Shown: positions 39,917 through 52,126 of the stretch, piece by piece
Layout: each line of letters opens with the position of its first letter
How positions within the stretch are numbered: the stretch's first letter is position 1
Source of the DNA: Podarcis filfolensis
Taxonomy: Eukaryota
Reading direction: 5' to 3' (one strand)
Assembly (NCBI GenBank): GCA_964270895.1
Contig: OZ185452.1
Length of the DNA stretch: 64,000 nucleotides
The notes under the pieces: generated by a model
Told to the model about the DNA's origin: nothing
The model's input: only the letters and a program-made list of their open reading frames with translations
The model's database searches: none
Translations under genes and position numbers: made by a program

Positions 39917-40271
39917 AAATGTGGCCTGAGGAGGTGCATTGGCCATACTATATAGTAGCTTTAGTTAGATCCCCTGACTTAAAAACCACTCCTGAACTTC
40001 CAGTCTGGCTGATGGTGAGAGGGACCTTCATCTGCTGGTCAGGTCAGACCCACCCACCAGCTTTCCTCTTCCCCTCCTGCAGTCTAAGTCCCAGCTTGTT
40101 GCAGCTGCAAGGGGAGAAAGCAAGAGAGAAAAGCGCTCTGCAGATAAGTGAAAGTGGTATTTTTATAGGCTGATAAAGCCAAGCTTATCTGGGTTTCTCT
40201 TCTCTCCCCCTCCTCCTTCTTCCCAAGGGTCCCTAATTGGACATCCCTACCCCCCACCCACCCCCACAGTC

Positions 40272-40356
40272 TCTGAGAGGCTCAGGCTTTTTTGCACAAT
40301 ATTTCCAGACGCTAAAACGCCTGCTTTGTTTTGCCCTAGCCCAGGTGGGGGAAAGT
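40272..40356 (+). repeat. Left copy of ~85-bp direct repeat flanking LTR-like copy 4
   Basis: tctgagaggctcaggc...cctagcccaggtgggggaaagt; about 84% identical to 40988-41073 by hand alignment. Confidence 0.9.
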
Positions 40357-40987
40357 TGTACGGATGTGTATATAAACTAGGAGAGGATATATTTCTTAGA
40401 TGTTATCCTTCCTTACTCGCGCCTGTGAGTTCAGCACAGTACATCCCTTTGTCAGCAAAAAATTAGGATGCTGTTGATAAGCTAGCTTTTAATTTAAGTA
40501 ACCCAGGATGCTTTACTGCAGATTGCATTTTCTGGTATTTCCCCCCATTTCTCCCCCTTAAAACAATAAACACACAAAACAGTTTTCTTATAAGTAAAGA
40601 TGGATTTACTCACTCAGTTTCAGAGTAGGAGTCTTGAGGCTGGCTTAAAAAGTAGTTACAGACATATATTATAGATTAGATTAGAATTGGAGTCTGAGTT
40701 GTGACTCAGACTCAGCAAATCCCTAGTCATTGATGAAGCATTGAAGAGATTGGATAGCAAGGATATGATATGATATGATGAGAGAGAGAGAGAGAGAGAG
40801 AGAGCAGGCCAGGTGACTGACCAGCTTCTAAAGGTTGTGCCCCATTTACCTGGTTGGTCAGAGTAGGAGTGGCTCTCACAGGGTGGACTTCCTGGAGACC
40901 CTGTGAGATCCAACTTCCTCTCTCTATGTGTCCTCTCTAGCAATCAGAAGTAGTTGGTTTTGACTGTCTTATTTTAGATATCCCACA
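40357..40987 (-). mobile_element. Solo-LTR-like element, 631 bp (diverged copy 4)
   Basis: tgtacggatgt...atatcccaca termini; both terminal regions align with copies 1 and 2 (ggagaggatatatt...atcctt and ctctag...ttgactg...atcccaca). Confidence 0.6.
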
Positions 40988-41073
40988 TCTGAGAGGCTCA
41001 GGCTTTTAAGCACACTACTTCCAGATGCCAAACCAAGCTGCTTTGTTTCATCCTAGCCCAGGTGGGGAAAAGT
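40988..41073 (+). repeat. Right copy of ~85-bp direct repeat
   Basis: Begins immediately after the terminal ...cccaca of the element. Confidence 0.9.
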
Positions 41074-42149
41074 TTCTGCATCTTTGGGGTGTGCTCCGCA
41101 GCGCCCTGCCAGATAATATTACTAAAAATGGTGTCATTTCTATGGTCTCTCGGAACGTCAATTTTTTAAAAAAATGAATAGGTGATTCTGACAATCGTTA
41201 CAATGCATCTACATCTGGATTTACTAGCCACAGAGGAGGGATAATATTCTAGCTTGGCTCCCAACCCAGTTCATTTCATTGGAATCACAAAAGCAACCCA
41301 ACTCCCTTCTCTTAATGATCTCTGTACCTGCTTTTCTGAAGTGTTATTTGCTACTTTTCTATTTAAGGAGTTTCCATCCTGCCTTTCCTCCTAGGAATTC
41401 AAAATTCCTTATTACCAGTGTTGTCGTTGTTGTTACAATTTGTAGGCCACTTCCCCACAGAAATGTACCCAGGGTAGTCAACAACAACAACAACAACAAC
41501 AACAACACAATAGCAAAAGTCATTACAAGTCACAGTCTGATACTAATCTATTCCACAACATAATGGGACAACTTAAATAAGTGATTCATTTTAATAATAT
41601 CATCATCATCATATTTCACATTCATTATAAAACTATTCTCACTTGCAAGGTTGTTTACGAGTAGGAGGGAGGGGTTTTTTTTGGGGGGAATGATTTTTTA
41701 AAATGTAATTTATCTAATTTTATAGTATGATAACATATAGTAAGATAACAATGCTACAGGCTTATATCAGTCACATATAAGAAAAGATCTGAGTGAGGAC
41801 ACTGTCCAATTAGTGAATCATCGAATACATTGCCAAAGCTTCAACTACCCATGACACAGTCTCTCCATAAGTAAGCATGAGTGGCTGGAGGTCTTACATT
41901 AATGTCATATCTATTTATATAGTTGATATATGGGGACAATACCTTATCAAAATGGTTGTGTTTTGTTTGGCCTTTAACAACTCTTGCATTAGCTGTCTGA
42001 AAAAAAGATCCCATGTGGCTTTCAGTTCTGGCAGGAGTTATTGCAGATTACTGGATACAAAGCAGGAGATGCACTCTTGTGTACAGGACAGTGTGGGGGA
42101 CGTGTGACCCCCCTGATGTTGTCGGATTACAACTTCGAAGGAGCGTCTC

Positions 42150-43091
42150 TGTGGGAATGTTCAGGGTGGCAGGAGAGGATATATTGTTTATTAATATCCT
42201 TCCCAACTTGCCTTAGCAAGTTCCTTCACTTAGCAGAGTTTACATTCCCCCTTTACATGCACAGGGACGCGGGTGGCGCTGTGGGTAAAACCTCAGTGCC
42301 TAGGACTTGCTGATCGCATGGTCGGCGGTTCGAATCCCTGCGGTGGGGTGAGCTCCCGTCGTTCAGTCCCAGCTCCTGCCCACCTAGCAGTTCGAAAGCA
42401 CCCCTAAGTGCAAGTAGATAAATAGGTACCGCTTTATAGCGGGAAGGTAAACGGCGTTTCCATGTGCTGCGCTGGTGCTGGCTCGCCAGCTGCAGCTTCG
42501 TCACGCTGGCCACGTGACCCGGAAGTGTCTTTGGACAGCGCCGGCTCACGGCCTCTTGAGCGAGATGAGCACGCAACCCTAGAGTCGGACACGACTGGCC
42601 TGTACGGGCAGGGGTACCTTTACCTTTACCTTTTACATGCACAGCAGATAGCTGGTTGCAGGCTTGTGTAAGCCTCTCACTATTGTACAATTCAGTCTGT
42701 CTCAGATTGAATTGTACAGTTCCTGGTAAATTCCCTTTAATCCCTCTTAAAAGAATAAAGACACAACAATCTCATTTAAAGACAGTAAAACAAGTTTCCT
42801 CACATCAGTACACAGCAGTTGGATTTCTGAAGGCAGACTTAGTTACAAATATGTACATGTGGATCTACCCCACATGGGGGAATAATCCAGTGCTTATGAT
42901 AGCTGGAAGCTAAAAAACTAGCTAAAAAAACTAGCTAAAAAAAGACCTCTAGTCACATGCAAGGATAGATGCTCCAGCCCAGGAAAAAACAGGAAGTTTT
43001 GACTGCCTGACCCAAACATCCCCTTGCATGTCCACTCTAGGGAAAACAAGGAATGTTGTATTTGACTGCTCCCAGTGGATTACATCCTACA
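42150..43091 (-). mobile_element. Solo-LTR-like element (copy 1) containing a Sauria SINE
   Basis: tgtgggaatgt...acatcctaca termini; 5-bp TSD gtctc/atctc; interrupts an L2 that reads gaaggagcgtctc|cacccc when rejoined. Confidence 0.78.
42265..42631 (+). mobile_element. Sauria SINE, subfamily B, inserted in the solo-LTR-like element
   Basis: TSD tttacatgcacag at 42252-42264 and 42632-42644; ACCTTT tail. Confidence 0.95.
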
Positions 43092-43377
43092 ATCTCCACC
43101 CCCACTCAAGTCCAGCTCTGAGGGCCTTCTGGCGGTTCCCTCACTGTGAGAAGCAAAGCTATAGGGAACCAGGCAGAGGGCCTTCTCAGTAGTGGCACCC
43201 GCCCTGTGGAATGCCCTCCCATCAGATGTCATGGAAATAAACAATTTAGAAGACATCTGAAAGCAGCCCTGTACTGGGAAGTTTTTAATGTCTAATATTT
43301 TATCATTTAAATATTCTGTTTGGAGGCACCCAGAGTAGCGGGGAAACCCAGTCAGATGGGTGGGGTATAAACAACAA

Positions 43378-43412
<35 letters not shown>
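43092..43412 (+). mobile_element. L2-clade LINE 3' end (its 5' piece gaaggagcgtctc at about 42137-42149 is separated by the LTR-like insertion)
   Basis: RAFSVVAPALWNALP frame and (ATT)n tail. Confidence 0.8.
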
Positions 43413-43415
<3 letters not shown>

Positions 43416-44590
43416 GATGGAATCCAACATCTGGAGGTGTGCAGATTCCCCACTTGGGTTTTGGACTGTCACTCATTTAAACACGACTTGTTGATTTTAG
43501 GGTGAGCAACCCATTCCACAAGAAACTTTAAAAAAACAAAAACAACCCACAACACATCACTTGAGTTAGTGTTACTGTAAATGTTCCAGCTAATAGCCTC
43601 CCACCTCCTATGTATCTTTACTGGGAAATATCCCATTTGATTAAATAGGGTTGTTTGTTTATTTAGAGTTAGTATGGTATAATAGTGAGAGGGTCAGACC
43701 AGGACCTGGGAGAGGTTCAAACCCTCACTGGGCCATGAAGCTTTTACTGGGTGATTTTGGGCCAGTCACTACCCACCTCACATGGTGTTGTGGGGATTAA
43801 ATGAAAAGGGGGAGATGGTTTTATGCTGCCTTGGAACTCCTTGGAGAAAAAGGTGAGCTATAAATGCAAGAAATCAATGTTTGTTGATTATATATATATA
43901 TATACAACTTTTCCTCAAATACTGTAAAGATAAAGGTGGTGAATGGTATTATTTAGAAAATGTATAGATTGCTTGGTAAAAACAATTGTTTAAAACAATC
44001 TCCAGAAAGATAAAGTTTATCTATATGGAAGATAAAGTTGTAGAAATACACTCCTGCCCCCTGCAAGAGGTCTGTCTGGTATCATCACCTTCATTGCACA
44101 GTTTTCATCAAATGTTGTAGGCTCAGCTCTTTCCCCTGATCTTTGACGCTCTGTGTGTGCCTGCGTGTATGATTTTTTTTATTTATATATAAAACGCCAG
44201 TTTACAGCAACATAAAAAAACCAAACCAAACAATGACATCATAAAAAGTTAAAAGCAAAATTAAAAGCAAAATGGAATTAAATACATCAACATGCCTTTG
44301 TGGGGTATGTATTTGCAATTACCTGCACAGGCCTGGGAGAACAAAAAAGTTTTTAGCAGGCATTCAAAACTTGGCACAGAAGGTGCTCAATGAATCTCTG
44401 TTGGCAGGAGATTCCACAGAATTGGGCCGATGACACTAAAGGCCGATGATACTCAAGTATCCAGAGAACGGATACTGCCTAAGGTTCTCCCCCTCCTAAT
44501 TTTTCTCTCCCAACAACTCTGTAAGAGCCACACAGTCTCTCTCACTGCACAACAGTGGCTCTCTGATAAGCATGCCTGGAATTGAACTTA

Positions 44591-44831
44591 CAGTGGTACC
44601 TCGGTTTAAGAACAGTCCAGTTTAAGAACGATTCGGTTTACGAACTCCGCAAAACCGGAAATAGTGTTTTGGTTTGAGAACTTTTCCTCAGTCTAAGAAT
44701 GGAATCCAAATGGTGGAAGGGCACCGGTGGCGGGCGGCTTCATTAGGGAAAGCGCACCTCAGTTTAAGAACGGTTTTGGTTTAAGAACAAACTTCCAGAA
44801 TAGATTAAGTTCGTAAACTGAGGTACCACTG
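44591..44831. mobile_element. Tc1/mariner MITE, second subfamily
   Basis: Same TIRs and TA TSD; different interior. Confidence 0.9.
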
Positions 44832-45297
44832 TACTTCCAAGTAAGCATTTAGAAGACAGTCATGCAGTCCTGAACATAGGGGTCTGGATTCAACAGTGTT
44901 CTTCCACCTTGGCGTCCCAGAGGTTATTGGACCACAACTCCCATAATCCTCAGCCAGCTTAGCCAGCGGTCAAGGACGATGGGAGCTGTAGTCCAACAGC
45001 ACCACTGGATAGGTCAGTTGGTTAGAGTGTGGTGCTGATTACGCCAAGTTTGCAGGTTCAATCCTGGTATGGGATGGCTGCATATTCTTGCATTGTAGGG
45101 GGCCGGACTAGACAATCTTCAGTCTCCCTTCCACCTCTACAATTCTATGATTCTGTGACACCTGGGGACCCAATACTGAAGAATACTTATTTGAAAGGTC
45201 TATTGCACTCTCTTGGTCTCCCTTCAAAATAAACATGCTTGTGATTTGGTTTCCATCATGGAAGAAATGTGGGACATGAATGAATTAAAACAAGCCC

Positions 45298-45298
<1 letters not shown>

Positions 45299-45364
<66 letters not shown>

Positions 45365-45365
45365 G
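45299..45365. repeat. (CA)n(TA)n microsatellite
   Basis: Direct reading. Confidence 0.95.
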
Positions 45366-46384
45366 TATAACAACAGAAGCAGAAAAGTGGTTTGTTGACT
45401 ATAAATGTAAGTATTATTAGGCCTTTGAAACACGTTCAATTGATTTGTAGGCAGGATTTGCTCTCAAACTCCTCTTTAGGATAATAATGCTCAGTGAACA
45501 CCCTATTATTTCAATACTGAAGATGCAATTCACGCTTCAGTGGCAAGACTTGGACGATCCTGTGTTGTAACCCTTGGAGAACCTTCAAAATATCATGGAG
45601 TACAAAATATTTTTAAGTACTGATGACCTAGCACAGACAGCCATCTTGAATCAATTGGTGTACATAGATAGCTGGAAGGACTTGAGTTGACATCTGATTA
45701 AATCCACATTTTAATGTGGGATGTAGGAATTAATTGTGCCCTCTGCCCAGTCCATCAATTTGATCTTTCTGGCTCCATTTAAAACTGAAGCAAAGCTTTC
45801 AGGAGCACTCATTCAGCAATTGCTGGCTAATCGTGGTGTTTGGCTTCTGAACAGAAACAAATGGCCTTTTGAGATGGTTTGATTTCCCAAGCCATCATGT
45901 AGGAAGCAGGAAATCTATTGGAACAGAGTGCGGAGAAGTCTCCTTGCTTTTCCTGACTGCTTAGAAAGCACTCTGGGAGACTTGCATAATTTTGGCCAAC
46001 GGCGGAGGCCTATTTCCATAGAATGAAATGGTCCAAACTCCCATTGATTTGAAAGGGAGTGGGATTGCATCGGTCCAGTGGGGGGGCATGGGTGGGGCTG
46101 ATACAGTTTGATTTGACTTCCAGCAGCTTCATTTGCATAAACAATTTCTCCTGCCTGCAACCTCCTCTGTTAAAGGCACAAGCGGCATAATGCACAAGAT
46201 GCATTTGAGGCCACTCATCAAATGCCCAGTGCTGGATTGTAAAGAAATCCAGTGATATACATGCAGGTGCACAGGACCGGCCCTATCACTGAGTACAGGG
46301 AGAAAGCTGCCTCAGGTAGCAGATGCTAGGTACATGTGTTGAACTTCCTTAAGGCAATGGAATGGCCCTGCTTCCCTTTTCTTC

Positions 46385-46762
46385 CAGACATCTGAAGGCA
46401 GCCCTGTTTAGGGAAGCTTTTAATGTTTGATGCATTACCATATTTTAATACAGTGGTACCTCTGGTCACAAACTTAATTCGTTCTGGAGGTCCGTTCTTA
46501 ACCTGAAACCATTCTTAACCTGAGGTACCACTTTAGCTAAAGGGGTCTCCTGCTGCCACCGTGCCGCGGGTGCACGATTTCTGTTCTCATCCTGAGGTAA
46601 AGTTCTTAACACGATGTACTACTTCCAGGTTAGTGGAGTCTGTAACCTGAAGTGTTTGTAACCCGAGGTACCACTGTATTTTGTTGGAAGCTGCCCAGAG
46701 TAGCTGGGGAAGCCCAGCCAGATGGGTGGGGTATAAATAATAAATTATAATATTATTATTAT
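46385..46762 (+). mobile_element. L2 3' end interrupted by a mariner MITE
   Basis: agacatctgaaggcagccctgtttagggaag...gatgggtggggtataaataa plus ATT tail; same family as 43092 and 49313. Confidence 0.8.
46451..46676. mobile_element. Tc1/mariner MITE
   Basis: TIRs, TA TSD; homologous to 26437-26662. Confidence 0.92.
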
Positions 46763-47082
46763 TCCTGTTGCTAGGTCAAAGTTGAGAGAGGAACAGCCTG
46801 AAGGAACTGTTCTTTCAGCAGATGATGCCCCTGCTCTTCTTCACTCCCTTCCCTGCAGCCTCATGGAACTGGGAAAAGTGGAAAGAGGGGACTGCAAGAC
46901 GGAGATCCTCCTTGAACACATTCCATTACAAAAACTCCAAAACAACGAACTAGTACTTGAGTGTTCCCCCGCTCCTCCTAATCCCTTTTAATTCCATATA
47001 GTGTCTTTTAGATGGCAAGCCTGTGGTCAATGAATGTCTTAATGTAAGATGCTCTGTAAGATGCACACTTAACAATCTACAG

Positions 47083-47413
47083 CATGGGTAGGCAACCTAA
47101 GGCCCGGGGGGCCGGATCCGGCCCAATCGCCTTCTCAATCCGGCGAGCGGACGGTCCGGGAATCAGCGTGTTTTTACATGAGTAGAATGTGTGCTTTTAT
47201 TTAAAATGCATATCTGGGTTATTTGTGGGGCCTGCCTGGTGTTTTTACATGAGTAGAATGTGTGCTTTTATTTAAAATGCATCTCTGGATTATTTGTGGG
47301 GCATAGGAATTCGTTCATTTTTTAATTTTATTTTTTGAAAATATAGTCCGGCCCCCCACAAGGTCTGAGGGACAGTGGACCAGCCCGCTGCTGAAAAAGT
47401 TTGCTGACCCCTG
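47083..47413. mobile_element. hAT non-autonomous element (OC1/Charlie-like termini) with internal 71-bp-period duplication
   Basis: Perfect 8-bp TSD atctacag (47075-47082, 47414-47421); right end reads caggggtcagcaaactttttcagcag on the minus strand; internal repeats at 47168-47231 and 47239-47302. Confidence 0.88.
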
Positions 47414-48220
47414 ATCTACAGCTCCCAGGGTTCTTTGCAGGAAGGAAGCCATGGCTTAAGAGAACTCTTAAGAGAACTCTTAAGTGGCTTAAGAGTTCTC
47501 TGCAGTGTTAGTCTCAAAAGGGACGTTGCTACGGAGGTTTCCAAGAAGTTCTCCTGCCCTCTAGAATTCAATTTGCCACTTTACCCGCTTAGGACACACT
47601 TCCGAGGAAACGGGCTTTGAGACAGGTTGAGAGGCCTCCCCTTCTCCAGGAGACCCCAACTTCAACCACACACGAAGCCCATACAGCCCCGCGCCCCCCA
47701 TCCCATCAGCGAGGGAAACCGACGCGAGGTGTGACGTTATACCAAACAGATCAAGCTTCTAGTCCGGCTTCATTAGAAGCCCATTACAAGGCTGAAGGTT
47801 TGCAGGGGCAAAGCGGAGAAGAGGAAGGGGAGGAGGGCGCCCTGCCGGGTAGGAAGGGTCAGGCTAACCTTTCCACCCGCTCTTTGAGACCTTTTTGATT
47901 CATGCCTGCGGGCCGCGGCAGGTCAGGGGATCCATCAAACCCTCCTCTTTTCTCCAGAGGGGGAAAACGAGGAAAGAGGAAGACCGGAGTGAGGTGGGAC
48001 GGAATGAAGGTCCGGCCCTCGTCTAGCCAGATCGGATGTGTTAGAGGAAGTCTGGGCTCTGCCCGCAAGGCAGGTCTGCTGCTTTGTATTCCACAGCCAA
48101 AGGAGACAGAGAATGTCAAAGCTATACTTTCACAATAGAAGTAACAAAATAAAAAATTGTGTGTGTTGTGCTCTTACAACCAAGGGAAGCGAATGAACAA
48201 CAGTTTCTTATTTGTGAGTA

Positions 48221-48462
48221 TAGTGGTACCTCGGGTTAAGTACTTAATTCGTTCCCGAGGTCCGTACTTAACCTGAAACTGTTCGTAACCTGAAGCACCA
48301 CTTTAGCTAATGGGGCCTCCTGCTTGTGACGCGCCGCTGGAGCACGATTTCTGTTCTCATCCTGAAGCAAAGTTCTTAACCTGAAGCACTATTTCTGGGT
48401 TAGCAGAGTCTGTAACCTGAAGCGCATGTAACCTGAAGCGTATGTAACCCGAGGTACCACTG
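48221..48462. mobile_element. Tc1/mariner MITE
   Basis: TIRs, TA TSD; homologous to 26437-26662. Confidence 0.92.
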
Positions 48463-48864
48463 TACTTACAATAAGGCAGAGTGTACAATAATGCAAACCT
48501 TTTATAAGATTTAACATTATCATGAAAGTCTCTAGGTTCTATGAATTTCTCTATGCTCCATTACTAAAAGAAACAGGGGCTAGCAAAGCCCATTATGACT
48601 GCAGTTATTTCAATTGCATTAGGCATTATATGCATCAACAAAAGCTGAGCTTACCTATGAATCCCTGCTTAGAGCGCCATGCCTTTCCCTGAATGCAACC
48701 ACACTAAGACATTGAGGATGAAATTAAGAGAGGTAGGGAGGGGGAAATCCCCAGCCCTAACCAGGGATGCTGGGGCTTGAGCCTGGGACCCTCTGCATGC
48801 AAAGCAGATGCTCTACCCACTGAATTACAAACATTAGAAGCAGACATCTCATACTGAAACAAGC

Positions 48865-49033
48865 CAGGCATACCAACTTGAATAAAATATTGGTGGGGGG
48901 GAGGGCAGGTAAGCCTCGCCCTGCATAATCAATCACGAGATTGGTTTGAATAGCAATTTGGGGGGCCCTGCCCCCTCAAATATTTTATTGAGTGTGCCAA
49001 AGGGACCTCAGCTCCTAGGAGTTGGCTCCTATG
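48865..49033 (+). repeat. Unclassified dispersed repeat (ccaacttgaataaaatattgg...cctaggagttggctcctatg)
   Basis: Related copies at about 53630-53817 and 59990-60131. Confidence 0.65.
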
Positions 49034-49312
49034 AATCAGACCATTTGTGGGAATATTGAGGAAAATAGGAGAGGACACATTGATTAAATATTATCCTCCC
49101 TCACTCACGCTAGTGAGCAAGTAGCAGAGCACATTCCCTTGTCTGGAAGCAAGTTGAATTATTCGCTATAATCATATAAGTTGAACAAACCAGTCTGGCT
49201 GGTCCAGATTGGATTGTTCCTGGTAAATTTCCACTTTATTTCCCTCTTAAAAATAATAAGAACACGACAGCCTTCTTTGAAAGTAGTGGTAAAGTTTACT
49301 TACATTAAGTTC

Positions 49313-49491
49313 ACAGTAGTGGCGCCCGCCCTGTGGAACACCCTCCCACCAGATGTCAAAGAGAACAACAACTACCAGACTTTTAGAAGACATCTGAAGG
49401 CAGCCCTGTTTAGGGAAGCTTTTAATGTTTGATGCATTATGATATTTTAATATTTATTGGAAGGCGCCCAGAGTGGGCAGGGTATAAATAA

Positions 49492-49531
<40 letters not shown>
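49313..49531 (+). mobile_element. L2 3' end with (TTA)n tail
   Basis: VVAPALWNTLPPDVKENNNYQTFRRHLKAALFREAFNV frame. Confidence 0.85.
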
Positions 49532-49533
<2 letters not shown>

Positions 49534-49559
49534 TCCCGAAGGAAGGCTTTATCTTGTGG

Positions 49560-49937
49560 ATTACAGTTACATTTGTAGAGAAAAGAAGTCTGAGCTAAGT
49601 CTCAGACTTTCTACCTCGTGGCTGTCATCCTCTGTAAGGATGAGCCATGTGCTGCTGGCTAAGAGCCAGCAGAGAGGAATCCGAAATGTGAAAATGGAAA
49701 AAGGCAAAAAGAGGAAAAGAGCAGCATAAGAGCCAAAGAGGAAGATGGCTGTGTGACTAACCCTTTTAAAGGGTCTGCTATGGTCACACCCATCTACCTG
49801 GTCACACACAGGAGGAGGATACTCCAGAGCAGGTATGACAGGAAGTCCTCCTTGTCTGGAGCAACATCCCCTTGTGCGTCTACTCTAGGCAACAGGAAAT
49901 GTTGTATTTGACTGCTACAGTGATAATACATCCCACA
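49560..49937 (-). mobile_element. Solo-LTR-like element, partial (copy 3)
   Basis: 49650-49937 aligns with the reverse complement of 52127-52400 and ends in acatcccaca; left boundary approximate. Confidence 0.65.
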
Positions 49938-50026
49938 CCATTGGCCCTCCTAGCTCCATATTGTCTACACTGGCTGGCAACGACTCTGCAGGGTTCCAGA
50001 CATCCAACTCTCAGCTTGGTTTACAT

Positions 50027-50222
50027 CAGGCATGTCCAAAATCTGTTCTGGGGGCCTAATTTGGTCCCCCAGATCCTCAACAACTTTGGGGGGGAAATAG
50101 TAAAAAAGCTCAACAACTTTGGGGGAAATCATAAAAAAAGTTCAACAACAACTTTGGTCGGCTCTTACGCATGTTCACTTCATCAAATCTGGCCCTCTTC
50201 GAAAAAAGTTTGGGCACCCCTG
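50027..50222. mobile_element. hAT MITE
   Basis: Termini caggcatgtccaaa / aaagtttgggcacccctg; 8-bp TSD gtttacat/ctttacat. Confidence 0.8.
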
Positions 50223-50454
50223 CTTTACATGGACAGCCTTCAAAAGGAAGGATTGTGCTTCATGAATCAGGTGACATCGACTGTGGTCCATGCAAGCTTA
50301 AGCCAGTCTTCCCCAGCGAGTGGCCCTCAAGATGTTTTGAACTGCAAATCCCATCATATACCTGACCATTGGGCCAAATTGATCGGGGCTGATGGGAGTG
50401 GGGAGCCCAACAGGACCTCCAGAATGAGGTGAACAAAGGGTGGCTTATATTGGA

Positions 50455-50835
50455 GGGTATTGCAGAGTTCGAAAAGGTTCAGGAAAGGGCAGCCAAAATG
50501 GTAACGGGGATGGCGCAATGCCCCTATGAGCCAAGGTTGCAGCATTCGGGACATTTCAATTTAGAGAACAGGTGAACGAGAGGTGACATGATAGATATAT
50601 AAAATGATGCCCGTCATGGAGAAAAGTGGACAGAGAAAAGTTTTTCTCCTTCTTGACACTAGAAATCATGGAAATTCAAGTGAAGCTGAATGTTGAACTA
50701 TTCAGGACAGATAAAAGAAAATGCTTCTTCATGCAACTCACAGCTAAACTATGGAACTCACAGCCACAGGAGGCAGTGACTGCCACCAACATGGAGGGCT
50801 GGACAAATGCATGGAGAAGAAGGCTAACCATGGCT
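50455..50835 (+). mobile_element. CR1 LINE 3' fragment (degenerate)
   Basis: EKVQ.RA.KM, DREKFFS, FRTDKRK.FF and KLWNS motifs of the CR1 ORF2 end. Confidence 0.85.
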
Positions 50836-50969
50836 GCAAATCGCCAACATTCTGCCTCCCTGGTTTATCCTTGCAACAACCTTGTGAGGTGAGTTGGACT
50901 AAGAGACAGTAGCTTGTCCAAGGTCACTCCCTAGTGAGTGGGGATTTGAACCCTGGTCTCTCAGGTCCT

Positions 50970-51325
50970 GGGACATGGGTGGCACTGTGGGTTAAACCAC
51001 AAAGTCTAGGACTTGCCAATCAGAAGGACGGCGGTTCGAATCCCCGCGACGGGGTGAGCTCCCGTTGCTCAGTCCCAGCTCCTGCCAACCAAACAGTTCG
51101 AAATCACAACAAAGTGCAAGTAGATAAATAGGTACCGCTCCTGCAGGAAGGTAAATGGCGTTTCCGTGCACTGCTCTGGTTCACCAGAAGCGGCTTAGTC
51201 ATGCTGGCCACATGACCCGGAAGCTGTAGGCCGGCTCCCTCGGCCAATAAAGCGAGATGAGCGCCGCAACCCCAGAGTCGGCCATGACTGGACCTAATGG
51301 TCAGGGGTCCCTGTACCCTTTACTT
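50970..51325 (+). mobile_element. Sauria SINE, subfamily A, inserted in an older MIR-like SINE
   Basis: Full head and body. TSD caggtcct at 50962-50969 and about 51327-51334. Confidence 0.9.
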
Positions 51326-52126
51326 CCAGGTCCTAGGACTCTTTCTCATGTTTTTATGCATGTGTGTGTGTGTTGTTTGGTTTGACCAAGAACACAGAAA
51401 AGGTAAGATCTTGGCAGAGATAGAGAACCCAAATGGTGCAGGAGCAGAAACCAAAGGCCCAAGCTTGAGAGGAGGCCGCCCACATTAGAGAACAGATATA
51501 AACATTTCTCTTTTAATTCCTCCAGACTCCAGCCACACTCCTCCCTCCTCTTCGCTTTTTCCAAGGCAAGTGTACAAGATGTGGTTAGAAAAGACACAGC
51601 GAGAGTTTCTTGGATTTGAAGCCAAGAAACTGACACAGGGCCTATTATTTTAGGTTTTCCCCCCTTCAAATTGCAAAAGTGCTCCTTGCAACAGAGGTGA
51701 AGTTTATATGTGTGTTCAATAAAGTGGCTGTTTTTGTTTTGTTTTGTTTTTAAAGTGCCCAGGAACAGCTGGCACATTCTCTGCAAGGGGGGGGGAATGG
51801 GGGGAGTCCTGCATACATTTATTTTTACTTCTTTTCTCTTTTGATGCTTTTGTTCCCCGGTACAAAGGAAGGCATCCATTTAGGATTCTGTTATCTGAAA
51901 GGTGATCAAAGGAACCGGAATGTGCCAGGGCCCTTCCAGACACGTGCCAAGACACTCTGTCATTAATAGGAGTCCTTGGCTCAGACAATTGTTCTTTCCC
52001 CCCACTGTGTGGGTGGACCAATTTTGCTTAAAGGGCGGGTGACATCAGTTCTGCCATTAAGGAACCTCGTTCCCCTGTGCGGTGGTGGTTTAGAAGGAAA
52101 GCCACTTATAGCTTGAAGGCCATAGT

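Noticed and set aside
39334-40173. 279-aa ORF as a host gene
   Set aside because: The core is the Bov-B ORF C-terminus bounded by an 11-bp TSD; the rest is read-through into flanking DNA.
39920-40268. Another TGTGG...CCACA element
   Set aside because: The left TGTGG is part of the Bov-B target-site duplication aaatgtggcct.
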